Positions 1 to 13,220 of a stretch of DNA of 64,000 nt are shown piece by piece. The notes under the pieces are model-generated. The model had not been told where the DNA came from. It ran no database searches and saw only the letters and a program-made list of their open reading frames with translations. Source of the DNA: Cetorhinus maximus (Eukaryota); the NCBI RefSeq assembly GCF_964194155.1, contig NC_135881.1, positions 142,166,001 to 142,230,000 on the forward strand, read 5' to 3'. Each line of letters begins with the position of its first letter. Position 1 is the stretch's first letter. Both the position numbers and the translations under genes were made by a program.

Positions 1-544
1 ACAACTGTTCCCCTCAAGAATGCTGCACTTACCCTATGTTATGTCTCAAATTACCCACACACTGTACCTGAAAATATTATTTTCTGAAAGAAATCTAGCT
101 GAAATGCATTTAAATGAATTGACACTTTCTGTTTTCATTGTCTCCCAGGGAGCCGGTTCCACAGGTTCACCATGCCCCCATTGAAATAATGGCGCTGTTA
201 TTTATGGAGAAGCATGGAGGGTGCAAATGAGATTAACAACAGGACCTCATTATTATTTTATAGCTCTGTCTCCCACCCGATAGCCAGCCAAATGGACAGG
301 AGGTTGAAGCCTGAGAATGGTCCTCAACAAGGAGGAGAGCAGAAGGCAGGCAGTCGGAGCTGGTGGGGTGAAGGGGTGGGCAGTGGTCAGGCATGCTGAG
401 GAGGTCAGCAATTGGGGCCGGGGGATGAGACGCCTGCGATTGTGGTGAGGTGGCTGGGGATCAGGGCTGGGGGTCAGAAACAGATGTTGGTGAGAGGTCT
501 GCGATTGGGGAGATTGGGGTAGTCTGGCAAATGGGACTTGAGGT

Positions 545-621
545 GGTGGAGAGAGACCAAAGGCTTCCTTGAGGGGTCTGGGGTGGAGAGAGACCAAAGG
601 CTTCCTTGAGGGGTCTGGGGG
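545..621. repeat. Two-copy tandem duplication (~37-bp unit)
   Basis: gtggagagagaccaaaggcttccttgaggggtctggg repeated twice inside a GC-rich TE-like block. Confidence 0.85.
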
Positions 622-1187
622 TGCACTCCTCTTCCTCCTGGTCCATCAGGAGCACTGAAAAGCAACTTAGAGCTCCCAGCCCCTTTCACTGCCAGGTTTC
701 CCGAACCCTGGGAAACCCTTGCAGCAGCAGAGATTTACAAATTGGACTCACAGTTGCACCATCGGAGCCTGATTTGAATATATTATTAAGTGTCCCGCCT
801 TTCCACAGGGGATGCTCGGACATGCTGGTATCTGCCGCAACACGCGTGTGATATTTTAGGCTCATGCTCCATGCATTTCACCGTATAATTTAAATTAATC
901 TGAAAAATTATTGGCATCAATATTAACCCCTGCCAAACCCCTACCTGCCCCCACCACCGACCCCCTCCCAACTGTCATGGGGGCAATTAATATTGAGGTC
1001 AACATTTTTATAGACAACTTTGGAATTTACCCCCTGTTCAGTGCAGGCGATGTTCCTTCTCGCTCTACTATGCTGGACAGGGTGGAACAGCTTGTTAGAA
1101 TCTCTCAAGGTCCCTTTAGAATCCTAAAAATGCAATGATATCACCTCTCAACCTCCTTTTTTTCTAGTGAGAACATGCCCAGTATAT

Positions 1188-1849
1188 GGGCTGGCTTTTA
1201 CTAGCCCTCTGGGGACAGGCTGGAAGGTGAGGGGCCCCAGAAAATGGCGAGGGAAGGCAGGGTGTGGAGTACCCACTGTCTTCTCCCCGCCATGCCATTT
1301 TACCAGCAGCGAGCAAAAGGGAGGACAGCCCTCCTGCCCAGAGGCCAACAGATACACTTATGTGGCCAATTCAGGGCCTCTTCCTGCCTCTGCTGGCATT
1401 TTATAAGTGGGCCCTCTGCTGCCTGGTGAGCTGTAGTATGCCTCTTGGCAGGCGTTGGGTGGGGTGAGGGGGTCCCTCCTATTCAGGCACTCTATGATCC
1501 ATGGAAGGGCCCCCAGCAGCCCTCCAGCCATAACTCGGCCCGCAGGAACTGGCCACCCTAGACACCACTTCCCTGGTTGGGAGGCAGGCCTGTTTCCATG
1601 GCATCCTTGTCATCCAGGTGCAATCCCAGCAGTGACCACTGCTCCCAGTAAGCTGCTGGCCCACAATTAGCCATCAGCTTCTGGGGGGCAGCTTCTGTCC
1701 TTTAAAGGGACAGGAGTCCCGATGACAACTAATTAGTTGCCAGACGGCTGAAAAATGTGGCCAGGGGTCCCACAATTGGCCGAGTTGGGGTTGCCCCCGG
1801 CTTTTGGGCCCGTCGCCAGGGCCCCAGTCACACCAATAAAATTTCGGCC
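1188..1849. mobile_element. GC-rich Harbinger-type MITE (family D-like)
   Basis: gggctggcttttact ... aaaatttcggcc termini. GC-rich body within AT-rich DNA. Confidence 0.55.
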
Positions 1850-1859
1850 TGAATAATCA

Positions 1860-2450
1860 CTCCCGCTAATCCTCATAATCCAATTCGTCCACCCCCTCAA
1901 TCATTTTGTATCTTCTGTATCATCACAATAGCTACAAGCCTCTTTCTGTACTGCACCAACCAGGACTGAACTCGATATTCTCAGTGCAGTAGCACCAATG
2001 ATTTATGAAGTGGCAGGATTACCTCACTATTTCAGCTCAGTACTGACCTTTTAATACATCCCAATATCTGACTAGCTTTCTTCAGTACAACTGAGCATCG
2101 TTGTGGCAGCTTGAATTTATTGTCAGTCAGGACCCCAGATCTCTTTAATTTCCATACACTATTTTCTCTCAATGTAAGTAATTGTCCCTTCCTGGATATT
2201 TTTGTCCTAATGTGAAGCATTTCTCTAAATTGAGTTTCATTTGCCACCTGTCTGCCCCATTCTCTAGTATATGCAAATCCTACTGTAGCTTATTTATTCA
2301 GCTTTGGAGTCTAATCACGTTCATTGTTTTGTACATTCTGAAAATTGCGCTATTTACTCCAAGCTCCAGGTTATTTATAAAGATAAAGAAAAATGCTCCA
2401 AAACAGATCTGCCTTTTTCCAGACCCTGGTAGCCTTACTGTATCAGCTGT
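1860..2450 (-). mobile_element. CR1 LINE fragment
   Basis: Minus strand DLGVL.DNKF..PQRCSVVLKKASQILGCIKRSVLS, typical CR1 ORF2 C-terminal region. Confidence 0.7.
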
Positions 2451-3999
2451 ATAACACACAGTATCACTGGATACAGTACAGTACTCCAATTAATTACAGC
2501 ACTTAAGCTTATGTTTCTGCTATCTTAAAAGGTTGAACTTAACCACATTTTTGACAGCAGCAAATAAAAAAATCTCATAGAATATAAACAATTTTAAAAT
2601 AACATGCTATTTGGGAACAAAATCTTGCTTGTCATAGGAGGATACAAAAATCATAGAATTTGTTATGTGATCCCAAATCATTGAGCTTTAGTTATGAGGT
2701 ATCGTCTGGGTGATCAAATAGTTAACTATGAGTATTTGGTAGTAAGTCCAGATATTTTGTAACCTGTATAACATTCAATGCATTTCATGAAAAGACAAAA
2801 AGTACTAGTGTTATTGAAATTTTTACATATAGTTGACCAAAGACTAGTACATGGTACTTCGATACATTACTAATTGATATTGCACCATAATAGGAAATAT
2901 TCATGTAAAACACTGATCTTTTATTTTCGCTCATGTTATACAACAACAAAGGGGCCTTTTATGTTCACAAAATAATAAAAAAGGGTCTGCAGTTGCCAGA
3001 TGGTGAAAAATCATTGTCATATTCATGCAGATCATAAAGGGATGAGAAATGTCGGTCATAGTGAGAGTCCACATTATTTATTTAAATTGAGGGCTATTCC
3101 CCAAAGTCAATGGCCTAGCACTCACTAAGACCCAATATCAATGTTCTTCAAGGACAAGTTTAAGTAGAGGTTTAGAAGTGACTACGAGGGCCATGACTTA
3201 TTCAATCAATGGTATCAAATCCCACTTGAAACATTCTGAAACCCATCTAAACTCCGCCTTTGGTGTACTGAAATTGGGTCTTTATCTTCGTGAACTGTGC
3301 AGTAAGACAACAATAAATAACTTGAACACATTTGCAATGACATGTGAATAGATTGCAGTGGTTACACTGACTTCTTTACTGCAGAAAAGCGGTAAAATGT
3401 TATTTATCTGGAACTCAATACAAGGCACCAGGCACATTAGAATGCAGTATTCATCCAATCAAAAATCAATTTCCTTTTATCAGGGCTAGAGTATGTGAGA
3501 AATTTCAGATAGCAGTAGTGGTGTCAAAGGGAGGATTTTTCTGACTGAGTTGGGGGCTCTTGGAGGAAACACAAAGGGATTCGGTGGCAAACAAAATAAA
3601 TAAGTGACACTGAACATATAACTCAAGTCCATAGAACAGGTTATGTGTGACTTGATGGTAGCTTGTCTTTCTAGAAATGTGTCACAGATCTTACTTGTAA
3701 CACGCTTCCTGCAGGAAAGATGAATTCTAAATGGGTTAGAGTGAGCATTTTTGTTTAATGTTGAAATAAAGTTGCAGAAGTCGACTGAATGCATTTCACT
3801 ACATTCCACGAGGCATCAGGTTTGTCCGTTTGAAGAGACACACAGCAGGGGAGTTTAAATTGAAGGACAGCTGGTGAGAGCTAATAGGAATATGACTAGA
3901 GGTAGAAACCATAGAGGTAGAATGGCGACAGAGAGGCAGGAACACTGTTAAGGGTAGTATGGCATAAGAAGATATTTGACTATTAATGGATTTTTTTGT

Positions 4000-4490
4000 A
4001 ATAGAAACGGAAAATGCTGGAAATATTCAACAGATCTCTGGGGAAAGAAACAAGAGTTAATGGCTGGGATTTTCTGGTTCTGCCCACCATGGCACGTCGA
4101 ATTCCTGTCTGAAGTCAACAGATCTTTGGCTGGTCTGTCAAATTTTCCATCCCATCCACGACAATTCTTGCCACAGGCGGGACCAGAAAATCCCAGCCAT
4201 CATTTCAGGTCAATGACTTTTCATCATAGCTGGAAAGAGTTGGAGATGTAGCAGGTTTTAAAAAAGCACGGAGGCAGGGAAAGGGGGAAGAACAAAAGGG
4301 AAGATGTGTGATATGGTGGAAGGCAAGAGAGATTAAATGACAAAAGTGATGATAGTACAAGACAAAGAAGATTGTAATGAGTCAAGTAAAGAAACAAAAG
4401 ATGGGTGTACAGGAGGTGTAAATGGGAAACCAGAATCATCACCAATAGCTGATATTCAAAAACAAAAGAAATTGGAGCATTTTAAGAACC
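4000..4490. repeat. Interspersed repeat fragment (Penelope-like terminal region); related pieces at 48150-48310 and 62775-62860
   Basis: Shared motif gatgctggaaatct.aaa..aaa.cagaaaatgc.gga.a..ctcagcaggtc. Family assignment is from recall only. Confidence 0.5.
4062..4198. mobile_element. 137-bp MITE with perfect 16-bp TIRs
   Basis: ggctgggattttctgg ... ccagaaaatcccagcc, inserted in a Penelope-like repeat fragment. Confidence 0.75.
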
Positions 4491-4504
4491 TACCATTTTA
4501 TTGT

Positions 4505-4965
4505 ATCAAACCTAACGTTCGCCATCATCCCTGTGCTCGCTGACCTGCACTGGCTCCTGGTCCAGCAATGCCTTGAATTTAAAATTTGCATCCTTGTGTT
4601 CAAATCCCTCCATAGCCTTGCCCTCCCTATCCATGTAACCTCCTTTAGCCTAATAACCCTCCGAGATCTCTGCACTTTTCCAATTCTAGCCTCTTGAGAT
4701 TCCCCGATTTTCTTTGCCTCACCATTAATGCTTTCAGTTGCTGCAGCTCCAAGCTATGGAAACCTGCCCGAGGTTTCTCTGCTTTTCTATCTCAGCCTCT
4801 CCTTTAAAACATTCCTTAAAACCTACCCTTTGACTTAGACTTTAGTCACCTGTTCTATTATCTCCTTATGTGGTTTGGTCAAATTTTGTCTGATAACACT
4901 CCTGTGAAGGCCTCTGGGACATTTTGTGTTCAAGATGTTACATAAATGGAAATTGCTGTTGTTAG
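4505..4965 (+). mobile_element. L2 LINE 3' end
   Basis: IIPVLADLHWLLVQQCLEFKICILVFKSLH motif. Tail ctcctgtgaag...ataaatggaaattgctgttg. Confidence 0.8.
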
Positions 4966-5784
4966 TTTCAGCCGTCCCACCGGCGAAAGATCAATGAAAG
5001 CCCCAGAGATATGATGTAACAGCCTGTTCCAATATCAGCAGTAAACTTCCCATTGAGAACTTCACAGCAGCAGCCTAGTACAACTCTTCCGATGATATTT
5101 CCCCTTTATAGAGGACACTTCATACCTCTGACTGCATAGCTAACATTGTGAGCTTGCTGTGTGGAGGGAGAGGTGTCAATGACATACACCCCTGTTCTAC
5201 CACCCAAACGGTGAACTTACTGTGTGGGACCACTGACATGAATCCACATCCAACCATTGAAACACAGAGCACTGGAGGCCTGGCATCATCAGCTTTTTAA
5301 TATTTGATCAATCAGTCCTAACCAGCAAGTAGATTCTCAGGTTCAGCGATGTGAAACTTTCAATTACTGCTTAAATTAATAGTCAGTGCACAATGCATTA
5401 CTTTCCTACATTACAATCTTGATTATACTTCAAAAATACTTCATTGGCTCCACAACACTTTGAGACATCCAGTGATCATGATAAGCACTATATAAATGCA
5501 AGCTTTTTTCTTTTTTTTGCGTGCCCTGTTAGCTATACTTTCACTATTGAGAAGATTAGCAGCTTATTTTTAATTCTTAATTAGTTGAAATGCTATCTTG
5601 GTAAAGAAAGTGAAATAGAACCATGAAGGCAATTTAGCTGTTACATTATTTAAACATAGAACAGCATATGTCCAGCAGCATGCCATGTAAAGTATGACAT
5701 TCTGCATTGAAAAGATGCAGAAGGCAGGAAATGATTATCGCAGCAATTAGTTAATCAGTTTAAAAAAAAATTGTTTTTGTCTTG

Positions 5785-6620
5785 GCTCTTAACCAGGAGG
5801 GTTCAAACCCCACTCCAGGGACTAGCGCCAGAATTTTCTGTTCGGCATGCATGCGCCCCAATGTCACCGCACATCATTCCGATCTTTCGTTCGGTGGGCA
5901 CGCACCGGAGTCGGCTGCGCGCCTGCCAAGCTGTCAAAGGCCTGTCAAGGCCATTAATAAACTATTTAAAGAGATTGTCAGGACTGCCAGTCCAGCTTTA
6001 AGGTTAGCGGGCAGGTGAAGAGCCCAGGCGGCATTTTTCATGAAACCTCATCCACGGGCGGGATGAGATTTCATGAAGGGTTTATTAATTAAGTAAAAAC
6101 TTTTATGAAAATTCATAAACATATCCCAGCTCATGTGACACTGTCACATGAGGGGACAAGTCTGAATAATTTTATTTTCTTATTTTTTCCATCTTTAAAA
6201 CTGAACTTAATTTCCCTGAGGCAGCTCCATGCCTCAGGGAGATTTCTGCGCTCTTTCACGTGCATGCAGTGAAAGAGCGCAGGCCCCGACTCTCCCTCCT
6301 CACCCCATCCGCACCGGGCGCGTGTCACGCTGGGCAGGCCTTAATTGGCCTGCGCATGCAAAATGGCAGCATGCAGCCGATCGCGGGCGGCGATCGGCTC
6401 CATGCCCACCCGCACCTGCTCCCAACCAGCTCGCCTGATGGGGAGAAAATTCTTCCCTTGAGCACATAATCTAGGCTGACATCTGAGTGCAAGCCAAAGT
6501 TAAGTATTGCACAGTTGGAGGTGCCATCTTTCAGATGAGATGTTAAACTAAGGCCCCTTCTGCTCTCCCTCTCAGATGGACGTAGATCCCATGGCTCTAT
6601 TTAAAGAAGAACAGAGGAAT
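5785..6620 (+). mobile_element. Deu-domain SINE (SacSINE1-like), split by a MITE
   Basis: B-box ggttcaaaccccactcc, then ggaggtgccatctttcagatgagatgttaaac and gatcccatggc Deu-domain blocks. Confidence 0.7.
5826..6457 (+). mobile_element. Harbinger-type MITE, family A, inserted into a Deu-domain SINE
   Basis: TIRs cgccagaattttc / gaaaattcttccc, flanks tag/ttg, three internal palindromes. Similar to the copies at 25581, 30688, 35440 and 49101. Confidence 0.85.
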
Positions 6621-6969
6621 TTAACGTTTATACTGCAACCAAAATGAATTGGCCTAAATTTGGATAAGACCTGTTAAAAGTAAGAGGATTGCGATGTGCG
6701 ATTACCCACACCCAATCGAGGTGAGGCAGGATGCAAACGTCCTTCTGCCTGGTCATCTCAATGACTGTGGTATGCAGCCCAGCATGAAACATGCTGCTGA
6801 GTGGTTGCACACTTAGCAGGAGGGGAGCGCAGGTGCATTCATGGCCATCCCAAGTTGACTCTGGCCAACACTTCTTAAAGGAGCCTGCCCCACATAAAGG
6901 GGAGGTGCATTCTGGCTGCAGTAGCTGGCAGAACTGTCAGCAAAAGGCATTGATGGAAGGAATAACACT

Positions 6970-7208
6970 ATCAGTGGAGCTACAGATCAGAAAAAAAGGA
7001 CTCTGCGGTTCTCTGAAGCTGCATTGGAGGCCTTCACCCAGAAGGTGGAAAACAGAAGAAAGGTCATGTTTCTTCAGGAGGTCCTCCCAGCATACTCTGG
7101 GCAGAGAATGAGAGCAGGTGGCCATGGGGATCAATTCCAGGAGACTGACCTCAAGGACCCCACTGCAGTATCTCAAAAGGCTCAATGAACTCACACGAGT
7201 AGCCAAGG
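6970..7208 (+). pseudogene. Harbinger Myb/SANT-like DNA-binding protein, exon 1 remnant
   Basis: LRFSEAALEAFTQKVENRRKVMF...*EQVAMGINSRRLTSRTPLQYLKRLNELTRVAK followed by the donor gtcagt. Later exon remnants at ~7786-8016 and 9305-10040. Confidence 0.75.
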
Positions 7209-8016
7209 TCAGTGAATGTACCTTCAAATGACATCTCCTTTCCCATCGCACCAGCAACCTCTCAGGCTGGTCAATGCACCACATCCTCATCACTCAACTA
7301 TATGCAATCTCTTGCAATCAGGACTCATGCTTAACATTCAGATGCTCCACCTCATTTACCATTGCTGCAAGCCTCACACCCACATCTTGCAACTTTCACA
7401 TACATCTAGCTGTTCAGCTGTGGCAGGCACATTACTTAAACATATTCCAACATACTCACTGACACTCTTCCCTCTCTCTTACAGCACAAGGTCACATATA
7501 ATAGAAGGCAGCAGTAGAAAATCATCAGGGGACAGGTACAACTGTATCACGTGAGCTCCCTGAACGATATTATAGGACTACAATGATTGGGGCCATTGTA
7601 ATTGCCAAGATCATTGAGGATGACAGTATATCCTTGTCTTATGAAACTTCTCTAAACCTACTTCGCCCTCATCCTGCTTCCTGACATGAAGTGTAAGATG
7701 GTGTGACCATGGGCCCCCTGTTTTCCACCCTGCCCTCCCTCCCTTCCCTCACACCAACTCTCCCCTTCTCTATTTCTGCTTTCAGTTACCCAAAAGCTGT
7801 CATATGGTCCACCAGTGCAGCCTCAACATGAAGGACAAGAGCAAGAGCTATGGCTGTTGGAGATGCACCGTCACTTGTTCTGGGACACGCAGTCACCAGC
7901 TCATATACTGGCAATGTGCACAGGGTTACCAGCCAGGCCAAGTGGAAAGAATAGCATAGCCAGCTCACAGGAGGGCAAGGCCACAGACTAGTTCCACTAT
8001 AGCAGACTCACATGGG

Positions 8017-9304
8017 GTGCAGGGTTTTCGAGTCGGCGGGCGGCTGCAATCAGCGGGCCCAGGGTCAGCCAGGGAATGGACTGTCGCCTGCGATTGGCCC
8101 CCAGCCGTGATTTCATGCTGGCTGGCCAATTAATGGGCAGCCAGCGTGAAAGGCGCGCTAAAAGGCTCAGCACTGCTGGGGTGGGGGCAGGAGGAGGGTG
8201 AGCAATGAAGTCAGCGTGGGTGCGGGAGGGGCGGAGGTGGAATTGAAGCTCCCTAAAGGCAGAGAGCTGCCTCAGGGAGTTGAAGAATTTAAATTAATTA
8301 AAAACAGATTTTAAAATACGGAAAAAATGCCCACGCTTCAGAATGAGTCACCAAAACATATGGGGCAGAATATTACACTTGGCTTGCGGGCGCGCGCCCA
8401 ACACGCCTGAGTGTAAAATGATGTGAGATGATGTCGGGCAGCCTCGTGATATTTTGTTCTGCGGGTACACGCCGGAGTTGGCTGCGCGCCCGCCGACAAT
8501 TAAAAGGCCTATTGAGGCCATTAATAATCTAATTAAATTCAAATTTATGCTGCCCGTCCTTACGATTGGTGGACAAGTGAAAAAGCCAAGTGGTCTTTAC
8601 ATTTTTTAGGTTTCCTAAAGCAAATAAACATTAAATAAAAACTTTATTTTTGAATTAAAAACATGTCCCAGCTCATGTGCCAGAGTCACATGAGTGAACA
8701 TGTTTTATTACATTTTTACTCTCTTCATTATTTTTTCACACAGCGCTTCAATCTTCACAGCTCCGTGCCTCGGGGAGATTGAAGCGCTCTTTCTCGCGCG
8801 TGTATGAACTGCGTGCCAAGCCCGACTCTTCAATGGCTCACCCGCATGAAATCACAGTGCGGAGCCAATCGTGGGCAGCAGTCGGCTTGCCGACTGCCCC
8901 CACCCACCCCCGCTGAGCACCCCTGCCAAGGGCAAAATCCTGCCCATGGATGCTGAAATTTGTGTCCAAACATTTTAATCTTTTTTTAAATTAATCTCGG
9001 AAACCCCATCCTGCCCTTGGATGAAGTTTCCTGAAAAATGCAAAGGCCCCCTGGCCAATTCCCCCGCCTGCCAACTGTAACGTTGGACAGGCAGTGAAAA
9101 ATCCCAGTAAATTGTGCCAATAATGGGCTTAATAGCCCCTCTTAATTGTCAGCGGGTGCGCTGCCGACTTTCACGCATGCCCGCCAACCAACATATCACG
9201 CAAGTGTGCAATGACGTCGGCACGCTCGCCCGACCTCATGGCGCGCTATTTTATGCTCAAACGTGTAGGGTGCACGCCCACACGCCGAGTGAAAGATTCT
9301 GCCC
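8017..9304 (-). mobile_element. Family A-related MITE (TSD GGG) containing another copy
   Basis: ggg|gtgcagggtttt ... aagattctgccc|ggg. Interrupts the Myb gene remnant of the large Harbinger. Confidence 0.75.
8363..8945 (+). mobile_element. Family A MITE nested in 8017-9304 (TSD ATG)
   Basis: atg|gggcagaatatt ... aaaatcctgccc|atg. Confidence 0.8.
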
Positions 9305-10329
9305 GGGGACTTTGACAGGGTATTGTACAGGAGAAAGATGATGAACATGCATGCTTGGTGCACTGGCAAGCCTGCAACTGAGCCTGTTTGCACCTTCATG
9401 GAGGTTGGAGGAGTCCGGCTCTAACTTGGCTTCATACTGAGGCTGGAGCCCATCATTCCTAGCAAGAAAGTGGTGGACAACTCATTTATGGATACAGCTG
9501 TGATGCAGTGTCCATGGTTGATGTTTCAGCTTCCACTGCAACCAAGGCCGAAGCTACCCGATGTTTAGGTGCAGCAGTGAAAGCTCAGACTGAGGTCATG
9601 AGACCTATGCCTGTTTCCATGCAAGCCCAGCTTAGTTCCATGCAGACTTAGACTGCAGCCATTCTGGCTGTGGACACCAGTGCTCAAAGGGGTTTGCAGG
9701 ATCTCATAGCAGTCCAGCAATCTGTGCTCTAGTGGATTACTGGGATTACTGAGGTGCTGATCTGGGAGAGTGGCAATGACTTCGTTGTGCTTTCAGGATG
9801 ACAACAGTTGTCCTCCCATCACTGCTAATCTGCCAGCACCCTTGCTGTTGTCTGTCCGCCAGCCAGTCTAGACTGCTACCCATCCATGCCAAGGTGGTGC
9901 AATCTGAAGCTGGGCCCTCAAGGTCCAGAGCTGCTTGAAGTCTTCCCTGGTGAAAGTCCACACCATACTGCAGCCACTGGGGCTGTAATACATAGGAGCA
10001 TGCACCCACAGGAAAATGCACCCACAAGACAGGTACTAAGGGAATGTACAAATGTAAAGAGTTCATGTTTTTATGTATTATTGGAAGTGTTATTAGATAA
10101 AGTTATGATGAAACATTTTTCTAAGGTCTTTTAATTTAGAATTTTGCTATGTTGTGATGGTCCATATCAGAGAAGTGGAAAATGGGGATTGTAGACCAAA
10201 GGTCACTGGAATGAAAGCAGGTATAGGAAATTAGGTGACAGATCAGCCATGGTGAAACAGGCTCGAGGGGCTAAATAGCCTCCTTATGTTCCTATGTAGC
10301 AATGGTAGGGGGATGAGATTTTAGGGCAA

Positions 10330-11440
10330 CCAGAGTCTGATTAGCTGATCAGAGACAGCCTGTTCAGAACAAAGGGATCCCAGATGCCTCCTCCCTTCCT
10401 CATCCTCCTGGGTTCCTTAGCAAAAGTTTGGTGGGAAGAGCAGTGCCCTCATGGAAGCAAGGTTACAAAGAGTGCAGCAGACCACCACCAATTTGGACTC
10501 TTACTCATGTGAGTATTTTAGGCTTTCCCCAAATGGCTCAAACAGTGGAACCATTGTTCCAGAACACCAATGGTTTGTTCTATGGTATTCCTAGTGGCAA
10601 CGTGGCTTCAGTTGTACACAAGCTGTTCACGCAAGGTCGGTGGGGGGGGAAAGAGCGGTTGCCTAGAGGAGAGGAGTCACAAGTCTCTTGCACAACAGGT
10701 AACCCTTGCCACCAAGTAGCCACCCTCTGGCATATCATGATGGCTCAAACATAGCTGAAATGGCTGGCTGGAATAGGATGAAAGTGTCCTGGCTGTTGCC
10801 AGATAGTGGGAATTCACTAACATGATGTTCTATGCATGATTACACACCAACTGTAAGCTAGAGAGTGGTACCCCTTGTGGGTCTGTTATACATATGGCAC
10901 CTACAGTGCTACATGTCAATGGCTTTCTGCTCCATTGGGAATCTCACTAGCCTAACAAATCCATGTGCCCACTCCTCCTGCTTCTCACCAATTAGAGGGA
11001 AGAGAATGCACTCTTCTGGAGTACAGGGGCTCTGTCACCTCCCTGATGCAGTGAAGCACGGCAAACTGTAATATGTTGGCAATGTCACTAGCTCCAGTCT
11101 AGTAGGATGGTGATGTTAACGGCTACACACAGTGCCATCCTCCCCTTGATGTGCAGCTGAACTGATGTTCAGTGGCTACTACCACCTTGATGAAAAATAA
11201 CCATTTCAGGCACTGCTACTCACTGAGGTGGAGGTAGGTGAATTGCCCTTTGAAGACATTAGGCGGGTATAGCCTTCTATTGAGACCACTCCTCCTCCTC
11301 CTCCTTCTCTCTCTGCGCACAGCTTCCCTTCTCTGCTGCCTATGCTCCATCTCCCTGTCATGTTGCAGCACAAGAGGAATTACAACTACAGCTCTATTTA
11401 TGCTAGCAGGCTTTCTGACATTCAAACTCATGAACTCCTT
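10330..11440 (-). pseudogene. Harbinger (HARBI1-like, DDE_Tnp_4) transposase pseudogene
   Basis: Recognisable blocks RRLYPPNVFKGQFTYLHLSE, GWLLGGKGY (normally LLGDxGY), YN*SHVATRNTIEQTIGVLEQWFHCL and VVCCTLCNLA, with many stops and frameshifts. Confidence 0.85.
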
Positions 11441-13220
11441 GTAAAAGTCGAAAACCACTCCCTTCTGACTCCAACTAGAACTCCTCCAACAACACAGTAT
11501 ACAGTACTTTCACTACCTCTACAGCAGTAAACTAAAGTCAAAAGCACCTCACCTGAAAGCCCCATGGTGACCCTTCAAATAACTCTTGTGGGAGGAATCC
11601 CTCATTCTGCTGAACAAATTAAAAGCGTTTAAGAGAGGGTGCTAACAGAACCTGAGACACTCAAAATGACAGATTAGGTGCCAAATTGGCACTGAGCCAC
11701 TGGGTAACCCCCACACCCACTCAGCTGGAACCGAGGCCGCATTTTGTCAGCAGCTAACAATCAGAGGGCAGGCAGCTCAGCAGCTCCACTGGGAGCAGTG
11801 GTAGCTACTGGGATTGCACCTGAAGGAAGGGCGCACATTGGTGGGTGCGGACCCCCACAACCAGTAAGGGAGATCTGGGGGTTCCAGTCAGTCAGGCCTC
11901 AGTAAGGCAGGGCAGCCATGTCACTGCTGCAAGTAAGGCCATTGCTGCCAAGAGTCCCTCTGTGGCCCAAACAGTGCCCAAAAAGGGGGTCACCCCTGAA
12001 CCACAGCCCACCAGGAAGCAGCCAGTATTTAACTGGTGGTCTCCCCAAGCACTGGATGCTCCCCTGCCGCTGGAAAAATGTAAATATATCAAACATTTCA
12101 GGTCATCATGAGTGTCAAACTGTATGTGATGACTATGAGACCCAACATCATTTCATTCTATACACACAGGTGGGGTTCCGCTAAGGTAAATATTTGGGAG
12201 CCTTGCAGTCAACATCAAAGAACAATGACTTTGACTGACAGCTTAGTGGGGTGAACTCCACATCTCACAGCTATAGAATAGGGGATAGGAAATTGCTTGC
12301 CTTTCTCTCTTTCAGACACAGCCAGTGAGCTGTGTCCCAACATGCAGCAACAGGAAAACTAACTTTGAATAGCTTAGCGACACTGCAGCTTACAGTGTGC
12401 ACATGTTTGTGAAAAACAAGCAGCTGAACTATTGGTTTGCATGTCCTTTGGCAAATGTCTTAAATTTTCTAAGAAGGAGAAGGTTATTTACAACAAAGAT
12501 TTCGATGTGGTGTGAAGGCATAAATATTGATATTGTGCCACTGTATCTGTCATTGTTTGTCGCAAAACAGAATCAAAAGAAGAGGACAGCATAACCTGGT
12601 GCTACTGCAAATACAATGTTTACTGTATTAGTCACTGAAACCAGCTTTCACTTCTGGATGCCTGGTTGAGACAAGCTGGTTAGGTTAAGTGACCTTATAT
12701 TGAGAAAAACAATTCCTTTATTTTCTGCCCTCTGCCCCTTCTACTTCCCCCTTTCCTTTTGCCACACAGCCTACCCCCACCCCCCTCCACCCCCATCTCT
12801 GTCAAATGCCTCAACCATTGAGTTCCAAGAGTGGGTAAATAGACAGCTTGTTCTGTGGTCTCTGAAACTTTTCACACCAAAACTGCTCACAAGGAGATGT
12901 TCAAGAATAGCCCCCGCAATGTCAGCCTTACTCAGTGACTTTAAACAGGGATAGCAGACATTTTGTACATGGTTGGCACCATTTTTTGTGTTCCTTTCTA
13001 CAATTGACAGCCGCCATTTAATTGGAAGTATTTAATAATTTAACTTACAGGGGTTCAATTTGAGTTAAGTATGTGTAGAATTCAGTTGCAGAATTCATGT
13101 TTTTCTGTACTTGGCCTTTTCACTGCCACCTAACTTTAAAAATACAAGCAATTTAATTCAAAACATGGAAACTCTGGTGAAGTTTACCATGATAACACTG
13201 GATTTGATAGAGAGATGAAG

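Larger units (their letters stand above)
6651..12200. mobile_element. Decayed autonomous-type PIF/Harbinger DNA transposon (ends approximate)
   Basis: Convergent Myb/SANT-like gene (+) and HARBI1-like DDE transposase (-), both disrupted. Carries nested MITEs at 8017-9304 and a CR1 tail at ~10225-10300. Confidence 0.85.

Noticed and set aside
4207-4220. AGGTCAaTGACTT IR1-like nuclear receptor site
   Set aside because: It lies within an interspersed repeat fragment and has no independent support.
10330-11440. Possible domesticated HARBI1 with an MSANTD/NAIF1-like partner gene
   Set aside because: Multiple stops and frameshifts, a catalytic D replaced by G, and nested insertions show a decayed transposon.
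11216-11458. Arg-rich and Leu-rich ORFs
   Set aside because: Low-complexity N-terminal part of the Harbinger transposase remnant and its antisense.
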